This document shows, piece after piece, positions 36,451 to 51,400 of a DNA stretch of 64,000 nucleotides. The position numbers and the translations under genes were made by a program. This stretch comes from Raillietiella orientalis (lineage: Eukaryota): the NCBI GenBank assembly GCA_036172245.1, contig JAYWIR010000001.1, positions 9,052,001-9,116,000 on the forward strand, read 5' to 3'. Below the pieces are notes generated by a model. It was not told the DNA's origin, searched no databases, and saw nothing but the letters and a program-made list of their open reading frames with translations. Each line of letters begins with the position of its first letter. Positions within the stretch are counted from its first letter, which is position 1.

Positions 36451-39314
36451 GGGAGCGGAGCCTACCGCAACCATAAGGCGTTTTCCTCGAGCTCGAGGCT
36501 CTGCCGCTTCGTAAGCGCCTAAAGAGGACGCGGCAACCAGGGTCGAAGAGCGTCAGCGACCCCGAACCGCTCCTCTCGAAAGTCGTGGCGTTCGTGGTTC
36601 GCCGGCACCTGCTGAGATGAGCTCATGCGCCGAGCAGCCGTCCGGGAGGAGCGCACGTAAGGAAGGGTTCCGTGCGACGAGTCCGCCCACACGTCCGGTG
36701 GAATCGCAGCCTCCTGGCTTTCGTTTCTGGAGAGGGGAGGGGAGGTTCCCGTCTCGCGGAACGGTAGGTGTGGGGGAGGGAGATGCAGAACGCCAACGAA
36801 AGGAGGTCTGCGTTTCGTGTGTGATGGGGTCGTGCACAGGCGCGCTGGCGGCGAGTGCTCAGGGATGCATGCTGGAAGGGTGCGAAAAACGGGTCCGCTT
36901 CGGCGTTGGACCATGAAACCACACGAGCGGATCGTTGCGAGCTGCAACCGTCCGGAGAAGAGCTGGGCGCGCGCATGTTGGTGTAGCGGACAGAAGAGGT
37001 TGCGCACTCCTTTCGACGTTTCTTCCTGCTTGGGAACGCCCGCCCCATCATGAAGGAGGCTGGGGAGAAGAAGAAGCAGCAGGAAGGGGCACTGGGGACG
37101 GAAAAGGCGATTCTTCTGCTTTCGGCGTGTAGGAGCGCATTCTTGGAGGGCGGATCTGCCGCGTGATCTGTACCGCTCTTCGGAGTCCACTCACCTCCGG
37201 GATGGGGAAGCCGAGGGAAAGGCCTGAGAGGGGCAGAGAGGAAGATGCTTTTCTCGAATCCTCAGACGACTGCCGTGCTGCTGCTCGCGGAGCCGTCCAG
37301 TTCACGCGAGCAGTTGCGCTCCCCTCGTCCCGTCTGCTTCCGTGTCTTCCTTTCTTCCGTGGGACACCGAGACATGCAAAGGAAGACATGGAGTCTTCAC
37401 TTCAGAGGGAGAGCGGGACCGACCCGGATGTCCGTGCGTGATGCACTGCTGCTGCTTCTTGCGGGCTCGGGCGTCTCTCAACATCTTTAGGGGGAAGAGA
37501 CACACTGGTATCTCCTGGAGTGGTGCTTTGCACCAGAGGGTGTCAGCGGCTGAGGACCGGGGTACCGCACGAAAGCGACGCCTTCTCGCGTGCAGTTCGA
37601 AACTTACCGAAGAACCCGCCAGATGGCAAGAACGCCGTCAGCCTTGAATTTCCTCCCTCCTCCTCCCATCATTCCCTCCCTTGCAGTCGGCTTTTTGCCC
37701 TCAGCACGAGAGGTCGAGAGCGTTCGCGAACAGCGTCCTTTCGACTTTGTCTCGCCGTTCGCGATGGGATTTCTTTTTCCGGTATCCATTCTTCCTCGGA
37801 GTTCTTTCGTTCTCTGTCGATTCCGTTTTGCGCGCCCTCTACCGTGGCGGCCGCGAATCCGTGTAGTGGCAGCAGCATCGGTGATGCGCCCTGCAAGAGC
37901 GCACCGCGGAACGGCAACGAAGGTTCCGTGTCACCAAGTTTTGCGCATTGCTGACCAGCGGAAAGGGCAAAAACTCTGGCTGTTCAGCAACAGGATGTAC
38001 GCCATTGAGCAAAGCGTAGCTGAGTGTGGGCTTTCGTCACTTTTCGGTTGTCGCGCCCGCTTTGTTTACCGAACTGCAGGCCTCACGCGAAGTCTCCTGC
38101 GCTGGCGTTCGCGCCTTTCTGGTAGTCGCATCAAGCTTCCGCCGGCTCCTGCACGCATCAGAAGGCACAAGTCACTTCTTCGAACAAGTCCACTCGCCGG
38201 GGTCACCTCACGGCGATGCTTTGTTGCTTCGTTCCGCCCTCCGCTGTTCGAGAGACCCACCTGTGCAGGAAGCAGCGACTGCGGACGCGTTGCGCAACCT
38301 TCCGGATCTCCTAAAGACAGCCTCCGCAACGCAGCACGGGGCGCGCTCGCGCCTCGCGTGTCGGCGAGCGAGACTGCAGGGTCGTCTGCTACAGTTTCGG
38401 CGGCCAGGAACCCACGGCCGTCGTTCCCTATTCTCAGCCGGCTGACGTCACGAATCCGCAGAGCGACGGGTTTGCGCGCGCGACGGCGTGGAATCTCGGG
38501 CGACCAGCTCTCGGGTGAACCTTCGAGCCGCTCTTTGCCCACCTGGGAACCCGACCAGCTTCTTCGGTGCGCCGCCAGCGTGGCGGGCAGCACGCGAGGA
38601 AGAGCGTGCTCCACAGGGCTCCGTTCCGAGCGGGGATGGCGTGCATGCCGGGATGTCAAAGAGAGGATGTCAAGGAGAAGCTCAACTCTCGGCGACACCT
38701 TCGAGATTCGGTCACGTGGATGGCTCTCTCTGCAACCAAGCGCCGGTGCTGGGACATTCATGAACGTCTACTGCGTCTGTGCGCCGAAGGGGACTTTTCT
38801 CCTGGAGCGCTTATTGACCACCCGGGTTGCTCCTACGAGAAGAGACTTGAGAGGAGTACGGCAGCACGAATGGAGGAAACAAGTGGATTCTCATCCACTA
38901 CCGGGAGCGGGGCATAGAGATCTGCGACTCCAGAGGTGCCCCTCTTGCTTTTTGCGGTGGGGGTAGTCATCTCATCGTGATCTCCAGGAGGCAAAGCCGC
39001 GGGTCAACCCCGATGACGCCTTCTCGCGGATGGCAGGTTCTTCGGGGCGATCCCAGAGCAGAATATCTGGAGGAATCGATCGCAGGACTCTTGAGAGGAA
39101 GGAAAGCCAGTCGTCCTTCTCTAAGTCTATGGCGCCTCCCTCGGCCACTTGCAATCCCAGTCGGTGGTTTTGCTCGAGCTCGCTTTCGGGCGCCTCTTCT
39201 GCGGCGAGGTCGGAAGGAGAGGCGCCGGAGGGCATGCATATCCGCTCCCTCCATCGGCTCCACCTGGCAACAGTGGAGAGGTAGACTGGTGCTCCGGAGC
39301 AAGGACGGGGACAG

Positions 39315-40080
39315 CCTGCGTTGGCGGCCGTGTGGCACCAAGCGTTGCGGGTTCGAATTCCACCTGGGGAAGGATCGGCTCAGAGGAATGGGCGCGTCGT
39401 GGGTTTCGAGTCCTCCCGCAAGATGACGCTGGTTGGTTTATTCGGGTGCGGCACTGCTGGAACCCGGAAATACCGGATGTTCCCGTCGAGTGGCTGAAAT
39501 GGGAAGTTGGCCCTTCCAGGAATCAAGGAGTCTGTCTCTTCGGGGCTCCTCTCCGGTTTCGAAAATAGAGACGCCTTCCCTTTCCTCGGAGGGGGGACCC
39601 TCAATCGTGTACCATGGAGCTGGTTGGTACCCCTCTCTAGGGGCCGCCCCTCCAGAGTGTAAGGAGCGCGCTGCTCCCTTCGGGGAAGCGTCCTTCCGAG
39701 AAATTTGGAAGCGTCCTTTCGGGGTTCACTCCAGATGAGGAAGCAAGGAGCGGATGTTCCCCTCCGGAGAAGAAATTCCAGGTGAGGATGCTTTCCGGGT
39801 TCCCTTCGGAGAAGAAATAAGGAGTGGATCCTTTGCAGAGGGTTCCTCCGAAGATAATAAGGAAAATGCTCCTTTAAGGGCTCCCTCCCAAGCGTGAGAA
39901 GAACGGCCTCCTTTCTCTGGAGCCTTTCTGGATTCATGGGGTGGTCCCCACGGGTCCCTCCATCCCCTACCTTAAAGAGTGCAACGCACCCTCAGGTGGC
40001 GTGGACAGCATTAAAAAAAAAAGAAAAAGAAAAAGAGAAACAGGGAAAGCTGGCGAAGAGTGGAGTGCAGCACGCGGACT
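39315..40080 (+). mobile_element. tRNA-headed SINE-like repeat, copy B (empty site, no LINE insert)
   Basis: GCGTTGCGGGTTCGAATTCC head; single GCGGCACTG at 39448-39456 running directly into the body. Confidence 0.78.
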
Positions 40081-41199
40081 CCTTCCAGGCGTGCCCTCCC
40101 AGCTGCGACGCCAGCTCGCGCCCTGATTGCCAAGCGGCAGACTGCAGAAATCGTTTCGAAGGTGTGCGCGCGCTCCGCCGCCGGTGGTGCTCTCCTCCCT
40201 CCTCCCTCAGGTTTTACTGAGCGCGATCTCAAGGGCTGGCACGCGACATGAAGAATCTATGAGTCAGGCTTCCACATCCCTCGAAGTCCGAACCATCTGA
40301 TCCCCCTGGAGTCGACAGACTCTTAATCCCGACCACGTCCTTTCCTTTCGGTCGCGTCTGCCACCATGCTGGTTCGCTCCCTCCCCCGTCCAAGTTCCTG
40401 CCAGCAGGGTTCCCCGTTCCTTTCCGGGCGGCCGTCCCCGAACGGACCAATCGAGGTGAAAACGCAGAGCGGCGGCTGATACTTTCCCAGAGAGCCAATT
40501 TCCATGCCATCCTAATGGATGCTGGAGCTGTCGTCATTCTATCTTGGGGATGCGGCTTCCCCGCGCACCCTCGGGAAAGCGAGTGGCAGGTCCGTCACGC
40601 CTCCTGTTCAAACACCACCACAGCTCTCGTTCCTTTCCCGGAAGGGATCCCCCCCTTTTCCTCGAGAGTCGGGTGGTCCCCCCTTACCTCTCACGTTTTG
40701 TCGGAACGCCGCGCCGCGGGCGGAGTCCTCCTCGCTTGCCCTCTCCACCCCGTCGCCTGAGCAGCACCGTCGTTTGTTGTCCGTAGCGCTTTTCTGCGCA
40801 GGCGCGAATTCCTCACGCACGCAAAACAAGCGAGAGGGGGACGTTCGCTGCACACCGGGCCCATCGCACGTGCTCCGACAGCCCTCCAGCGATGCGCCCA
40901 CTCGGGGACGTTGAGGACAGGGATCAGGAAGTGGGAGACTCGTGGGGAGAAGGGCCGCTTGGCGGATGGTGGTGGTGGTGGACTGCAGGGACCACCGCCT
41001 CCTCGACCGCACTCCGCAGTGGTCGCTCACGATGCGAAGCGCCCCTGGTCTGGAGCACACTGTCTACCGGGACGAAGAGAGCTGCGGTGCGGCCGCTAGG
41101 TCGGGAACGATTCCCTCTCCCTGATGCTTCGGTGCTGGTGGACCCTTTCCCCCTTCCCTAGGCATGAGGTGCGCACGCTCGCCTCACAGACATGGGAAT

Positions 41200-42500
41200 A
41201 GAGCAACCGTGCGTCACTACTCCAGCGGGAGCATGAATAGGTCCGTTGCTAGGGAGGAAGTTCTATCTACCGCGGGAGGTAGTCCTTTTCTAGGCATTAG
41301 ACCACCGACACGTCCACCGGTCGCCTGGGGGTCGTCGCTCCCACCCTGGAGCGCAGGAGAAGTGCCAGACCTCTGGCAGGCAGCAGTCCTTCCTCTTCCC
41401 CAAGGAGGAGAGCGCTGCGTGAAGGGACGACGAGGAAGTTCGGGCACCCCGCTGCCCGTCGCGAACCACTGCGACGAAAATGGCGCTCCTTTGTTGGCTC
41501 AGCTCGTGTTCCAATCATCCCTTCTGCCAGGCGTTCCTTGGAGCTTTTCCAGGAAACCATATGGGCCGTCGAGAACCATCAGGAAGCGAAACTGCTGTCG
41601 AGATGCCTCGAGGATTTTGAATGGCATCTTTCGGAACGGGGAAAAAGACTCGGGCGACATTTGGACCTCCGCATCCCCCGGCTTGTAAAGTCAGATCTCC
41701 CTCTGCATCCAGACTGCTTGTTCGGGAATGAGGGACTCGAGTTGCAGTTTTGAATAACCACGGTTCGTCAACATCCGTCCTAGGAAGCGGACTCTATGCT
41801 CCCTGGAAACCATCCACTGTTCCTGCTTTCGGAAAGCCGGTTGCTAGAGATCACTCGCGGCGCCAGGAGACCTCGGATTGACCGTTTCGTTTTTCCCGTA
41901 GGTCCAACGCAAATTCAGCCCTCGGTGGAGGACAAGAACGAGGCCGCGCGTCTCCACGGTGCTCTCGTCCGTGGCGGCATTTGGGGAAACAGCATCTCCG
42001 AGGGGATGCTGAATAAACAGCAGGACAAAGCAGATGTGACTTCAGTAGGAAGCTGGTGGGAAATCCGCGATGTCGCGTGTGCATGCGCAAGAGTGGTGCG
42101 TTCCTCAAGGACGCAACGTGGGCGATTTCTCGCCAACGAAACGCTGCTCATCTGCAGGGCCGCTTGCAATCCTCACGAAGCCGACACTGCCGCGTCGTCG
42201 CCATGACGCAAACACTCGGTCGGTCGCCGACTTGGCGACCGATCTTGGAGCAGCCGAGGGTTCCGCGGATTCTGGGAAAACTTATCGCTTTCTCTCTTTG
42301 CTGCAGGGCAGTGAGGCAGATGGCGCGAACTCCGTGAGAAACGGAGTTCGCGCCATCGCAGGAATCTCACCGATGTTTCCCAGGTCCTGATTTATCTGCA
42401 GAAATCTTCCCATTTGAAGCAGCGATCATTGGATCGCTCCAGGTGAAAATGCAGGGTCGATAAGAGGGAATTCTTATAAGAATCTTGGCGCACTCTTTAC
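41200..42500 (+). mobile_element. Decayed RTE-like LINE reverse transcriptase remnant
   Basis: WSAGEVPDLWQAAVLPLPQGG, EITRGARR (GVRQG-like), FLANETLL (FADD-like) and SGKT in the expected order. A possible endonuclease remnant (MNVYCVCAP) lies upstream at ~38760. Confidence 0.45.
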
Positions 42501-42572
42501 AGATGCTACAGAGAAGAGAGGATCCTAGGCATTCGTGAGGAGTCTTCTGCACCCGGGACGCCTGCCCTCGAG

Positions 42573-45485
<2,913 letters not shown>

Positions 45486-45537
45486 CAATGAGGACTCTTG
45501 TGATCGTTGGCATGTTTTTCTTGATGTTGCGACCTTC

Positions 45538-45543
45538 AATAAA
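45538..45543 (+). promoter_or_regulatory. Polyadenylation signal of the cathepsin gene
   Basis: AATAAA about 52 nt after the stop codon. Confidence 0.65.
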
Positions 45544-45599
45544 GCTTCCATGTAAATGAGGCAAGTGGTTTCCCAAGTGTGAGCCACGCACAGAGAGAA

Positions 45600-46750
45600 T
45601 TTATGGAGATGCAAATGCTGTGCTGATAGAGCGGGCCAGTCAGTGAGGATCTGGAGAAGCTGAGTGCACTGACCTGTGACGCTCTTTGGGCACTTCGCTC
45701 ATCCCCCCTGGATGCAAAGCTCTGAACAGTGGCTGAACGTCTCTTGGAAAAAGGATACGAGTTCCTAGGGGAAACAACGCGAATGTTCCGTCTTAACAGC
45801 ACTTTCCTCGCCAAAAAGTAAAGGTCTGCACCGCCTGAAAACGAGGGCTTGCGATGGGGATCCTGCATTTTGCATCGATCTCCGAGAGAAGGTTCGAATG
45901 CTTCCTGGCCAAGTTGCATTGGCCGATTTCCATGGGGTGAGCAGCATGTCTCAAAGATAAGTCTTTGAGGCACGCTGGTTCTCTCGGAGATCGATGCAAA
46001 ATGCAGGATCCCCATCGCAATCCTCGTTTTCCCTCTTTCTCAAAGCCATAGGTTCGACCTGACCATTCCTCCGACTGCCGCGTGCACCAACAAAATTCTG
46101 TAATGGCGGTACAGCGAAACGGGGAAACTTTCAAGTTTCAGTTCTGTCCTCTCTCACACCTAGCTTCTTCTGATTCAGTCCCGAAATCTCGCATAACCAT
46201 CGTTGCCTGGTGAACCGGAACAGTTTCTTTAAACCTTCTGTGCGGTACGTCAGCATCTGGAGAATGCACTGACGACGCAGGATGCTTGCGCGGATCATCC
46301 CTTGGCTAAAAATGCCAGAATACTTCCGGTTTCAGCAAGGAAATGCGCCCTGAATTTTTTTTTTTTTACAACTGCACGAATCAGAAGATTAAAATCCGTT
46401 GCTTTGGAGATGGATCAATGCAATGAGGAAATGAAATGCAATTTGTGGCATGGAGACCGAATCCCTTGTGAACGTGAAGGCTGTAAAATTATTGTTCCAG
46501 GAAGATATCCTGGAGCAAAGAAAGCGTTCGAAGAACTTCTTGTTGACTCTCCTTCATGTCATCTGGAAAGACAATCCCTTCTTCAGTGATTGCGGTACGG
46601 CCCTTACTGTTTTCTTTGATGCTTGTGGCTTTGACCATATGGCTAAGTGGTCGAATGGTTGCGGGTGGAGGCATGCCTTGGTGGCAGAATGCAGGAAAAA
46701 ATGATAGTCTTGAGTTCTTAAGACCTTCCCTTGCGAACGGTCAGTGGTCA
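45600..46750 (-). mobile_element. Decayed CR1/L2-like RT remnant
   Basis: LRTLSLLQDIFLE (RPISLL-like) and DADVPHRRF (AFDxVPHxxL-like) in order. Confidence 0.4.
45837..46031. repeat. Inverted repeat, 42-bp perfect arms (45849-45890 / 45979-46020), ~53 bp imperfect, 88-nt spacer
   Basis: TTGCGATGGGGATCCTGCATTTTGCATCGATCTCCGAGAGAA and its exact reverse complement. Confidence 0.95.
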
Positions 46751-47289
46751 CTCTCCGAGGCTGCTGCGCGCTTGTCGAGTTTCTGAACAGGCCGAGGCCG
46801 AATCCCGTTCCCCGCTTCCTGTGGGAAAAGCGGACGCCGAGCTGGAAATCAACTGGGTCGCGCTGCTCCTGTTCGAATCCATGGGGAGTTCGGGTCACTA
46901 GTCAAACTCAGCGGGAATCTTTACCACGCGCCAACAGAAACGAGTTCCGCCGTTCCGAGCGTTCCTAAGGAGTTGCATCTTGCAATATTGGCATAGCTGC
47001 ATCCTGGGACAGCTGGTGAGCGCTCGTTCTCCTACTCGTTCTCCTAGACCCCTTCTCGATGTGCTCTGCTGTAGGAATCGTTTAAGTGCCCTATGAACGC
47101 GGTACGCAGACGCTCCCTGCATCTAATACCCGGAGAAGTAAAAATCATTCTCGGAGGAGAGTTAGCAAATCTTTCTGTGTACAGGGGCTTTCAGGATTCA
47201 AGGCTAGAAAATAGGCTGTGGCTATTCGAGAAGCAGCTACGAGGATCTGGAGGACCCGGTTGCCGGTCGTTCTTTCTCAAAACAGGGAA

Positions 47290-48800
47290 AAAGACGCGGA
47301 CCACGTGGATTGATTGGTCAAACCACTGGTCCATGAAAAGTTCGTGGGGCGGAGGAAAAGAAAAACACCGTCTCGCAGGTCGGATGCACAGAAGGGCAAG
47401 GATAGTGTAGGGGAAGGGGCAACAAATAAATAAATAAATAAGGGGTCACCGGTCACAACCGCCGCATATTCGGGAACCTGCATGTGAAGCAGGCGGCGGC
47501 GACCTCCTTCCCCTTGGTATCCCTCAAAGGTCATTTTGCCACGTTCCTCACAACTGCGGCATCGAGGTGCGTGGTCCTTCCTTGATGACGCGCCTCCTGC
47601 GTGTTCCGGGGAAGCAGGCGAAAGCGCGTCCCGCATGAAGCGGCATCCGCTTTTCCAGAGGACCTTCGAGTCGAGGCAGGGTGGCAATCGCTTCAAAGGG
47701 CACCTCATTCCAGCGGCAGAAGGCGTGGAGGTCTCCTTCTTCTCGTAGTAGCGCTGCTCCCCTTCCAAAGATGCCCGTCGCTTGTTGAACGGCAAGTCCC
47801 TGCACACGAACGGTCAAGTCAGAGAGCTCAAAGCCTCTTCGCTCTGCATCCGCCTGCGGGGCTGCACAGAGGTGTCCAGATAACGGGGAGAGGTCGCGAT
47901 CTCTTCCGGGCGAATGTCCAGGTGTTCTGCCCGGGGGAGAGGTCCTGTAGGACGGGAACCGGGTGTGGCCTCATCAGCCACCTGGCACATCGTCCACGGA
48001 TCCACGAGTTTCGTCTCTCCTGCTTCGAGGTCACCCACCCTGCCGGTCGGCGACTTTCGTTTCTTCCCCACACGGAGGACGGTGCTGTGGCTTGGGGGTG
48101 GTAGTGGCAGTGACTAGGGTACATTTATTCTGGTCTCTTCCCACTTCCTACTGGGAGACTGCTCCCAGGATGTGGATGGGACGTATCAACGCTGCGTCCG
48201 TGCGCGTGATGCGTTGTACTTTGCCAGATGGCGGGAGATCCACTGACGTTCTCTGGGCAGCGCAGCGATCTGCGTCAGCGGAAACTCGAGAGCATTCTTG
48301 CGGTCTCGGTTTTGCAGTTGGCTACGACGCCACGCCCTCAGGGTTCCAAGAGCCAGGCTTTCATTAAAGACGCATCCACTTCTCGGCCACTCAAGCCATC
48401 AACCGAAGCTGGCGCTGTGACTCCGTCTTACGTAACATCAGAATCCCTTCGTGGTGCGACCAGGGCTTTGACGCAAACCTTCGGCCTTGGGGTGCCCCAC
48501 AGTGCTTTCCTCAGGAGACCGTCCACCCTCGCCTATGGATGACTTGGCGAACCAGTGAACAATGGTGTGTAGTCTTCAGGTGGAGAATGGCATGCCTCTT
48601 GTACGATGGATGAGTCCTTTTCTGGGGAATGAGACCCCGAATCCGATTTTGATGGGGCGCTGTCAAAGCAAACATCCTTGCAGACTTTGGCATCTTTGCG
48701 GTGTTCCAGTGAGCTTCCTTTTAGGGATATTCCGTGACATTCTTCCGGGATTCCTCACGTGTCCATGTGGGATGCTCGTCGCCCTTCAGTCTGTTGCTTC
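47290..48800 (-). mobile_element. Diverged decayed LINE fragment related to the zf-RVT family
   Basis: LVDPWTMCQVADEATPGSRPTG matches LDDCTMGQLTDAATPSARPRG; LPFNKRR matches LPCNARR. Confidence 0.55.
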
Positions 48801-48889
48801 CTCAGCGTCTTATCCTCCATCTCGCGAGAGCTGACCTCTTGGATTCTTCGGTATATATTCTCCTCTTGGATTGTATATGACGTGACGTG

Positions 48890-51400
48890 ATCTGCAGAGA
48901 TGTCCCTGGAGTGCCGGATGCACAAAGCTACCATCGGTGCCTCATCGTCACCAAGTGCTTTTTTGGAATTCCAAGATCCTGCAAGACTTCCTCGTTACCT
49001 GGATCCCAGGCTCCCAGAGAGCCAACGATGGAAGCATGCACCCTGCATTGCTCCCCTTCTCTTCCTAGCTAGAGGGCTACTTTCTTTTTTTTTTCTTTTC
49101 CTGTTTTCTCCTCCTACTTGCTCTGAACACATCTCCTCCACTTCATACGGGCAGCAGATGTCCAGCACTATAGAGCGGCTTCCTTTTTTCAGCACTAAGT
49201 CCGGTTTGAAGGGGGAGTTCGTTCCTCGAGCTCTCTGGTTACTCGACACGGGTCCACTTTGCTTCATACACTGCGGCCTTGATGATCTTCTCTTGAATCG
49301 CGTCATGTCGCGCAATGGACAGATGAAAGTGTCTCCTGCATCTGTTTAATATGTGAGACAACGTTTCGTTTTCTGTCCGGCAGCGCCAACCCGCGCGTTC
49401 TCCTGGTTTCATCCTGGGCACAGCTCTGACTAGTAGAACGCATCCCGTTCTCCTAGTCAGAGCTTCTCAGTCGTGAAGCGTGGATGAATCGGTAGTCCTG
49501 GAATTTCAGGTAGTCTCCATTGGTGAGGAAGAATCTTCAGGAGTGGTGTGGTATGCCCACACTGTGCATGGTTTTCTCTTGGCTGATGTGTTTCTGAAGT
49601 AGGGATTGCCATGCGTGTTCCCTCTGCATTGTTCTCATACCGGAGGTAATCTTCCTCTTCATTTGTGCTGCTGAAGATGATGCCATCGACCGTGATACTG
49701 GGCTCTCCTTCGGTGAATTTCCAGCGGCAGAATTCGGTGTGGTTCTTATAAGGTACGAGGAAGATTTATGAAACGCAGAAGATGATTTGATCAAGCACTT
49801 GGCAGCAAACAAATGCGTGAAGAAACTGCAGACTGGAAATGTGAGAAAAAATCTCCGAAGGCATGAAGAAGTGCAAATCAATCACTTAGAGTCAGAAACT
49901 CTACGGTAACTCGATCAACTCTCGAACACTTGAACACCACGACGTTCCTCTCTCGGAGCTGCTTTTAGGGGTCTTGGACTGGTGTGTACTTGCAGTGCCA
50001 ACGAAGCACTGCGGGCTTGGCGTTTCTCGCTCTCTACAGACAAGGAACAGCTGATGATGTCGTTGCCCCAAACACTGTTCCTTTAAAATTCACGTATGCC
50101 CACTGGGGGAAAGCACGGCACGTTGCTCGGGTCTTCACACACTGAGCTGTGAACTCTGAGGTGTTTTTTTTGGGGCGAAGAGGTGACCATCAATGGTCGA
50201 TTCCCGATCTCATAATTCAGAGCTAATATACTCGTGCTCTCGTACTGTAACGAATACGAGGTGGAACGTTCAACGGCAGCTTCCACCGCAAGGCATCGGG
50301 TTTGCAGTTTCAATCTGCATGATCGATTCTCTGTGCTCCATTAGCATGTCTAATTTTGGTCTCAATGAGGTTTCGTGTGTCTGCTGAATGTTGAGAGCTC
50401 TGTCTGAGGATTTAAGTGGAATCGAAAGTTACAGAAATTTTCTAGGTCCAGTAAATTGACAACCCGATTGCAAGTTAAATTCTCTGCCGAAATTCGTTTT
50501 TCTACAGCAAACAGGGGTTCCGATAATTTATTCTTTGCTAGGGAAATTGCTTGTTTTCACCTGTGCGATACACTGTTGAGAGCTCTTAATCTCTTTGGGC
50601 AAGGAATGAAGGCTGATTGCTACAGTCTCCGTACCATTGATGTTAGAGTGGTCATCTCGGGAGGAGGCATGGGCTGGATGGAAAATTGACGTGTTCGAAA
50701 TGATCAAGGCCCTCTGTTTCAAAAAGACCGCTGAATGTGGTGCTCGACATCCATTTCACAAAGCCATTCTAATCTCTCGTTTCGATACAACCTCTTCGGC
50801 AACTCTTTCCTGTGTCCGCAGAGGTGGCCTTGTGGAACGTTCTGGGGACGCTTGGAGGAAATTCTTGTATCTGTTTACTCTTCCAAGAATCAGCTGGAGG
50901 ATGCATCTTGTAAAGCAATGCAGGAAGGCTTCATGCATGCTGCTCAAACGGTAGCAGTTGCTCCACTGCTACCGTTTTCAGCTTCAGCAATCGTGCAGCA
51001 GCTTTCTCTTTTTCATTGGTGAAGTCATACGGAGAGGTCCCTTGTCATTAAGATGTTCACGTCTGCTCTCACATCTAAGAGTCGAACGTCACGTTTGGAC
51101 TAGCCAGTGGTCCCCAGAGGTTGCAAGGAATTCTTCATTTGGTTCCCCTGGAAGCTGACGTAAGTTCAATCGTTTACAGTCCCCACTAATGAGCACAGAA
51201 GGAAGTTTCGTGAAAAAGGTTGTGTTTATCCTCTGAACGTCTGCTGATACCATATGCATCGTTCTGAGGGAGAGCAGTGCATTCAAGGTGGCGTTTCTGA
51301 GCACGGAGCTTTAGCGATCGTCCTTACGCGTTGGGAAGAGATCACCGTCAGTCTGTCTGAGTTCCCAAAGCAGGTCATATGAGGATTCTTTTGGATCCAA
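48890..51400 (-). mobile_element. Decayed RLE-type non-LTR retrotransposon, Utopia/NeSL-like
   Basis: Colinear minus-strand motifs FLTNGDYLKFQDYRFIHASRL, CRTENETLSHILNRC (CCHC), RHDAI, KPDLVLKK, IVLDICCPYE (PD-D/ExK endonuclease), GSLGS and ALCIRHSRDI. Well supported at 48890-49650; the upstream extent is uncertain. Confidence 0.8.
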
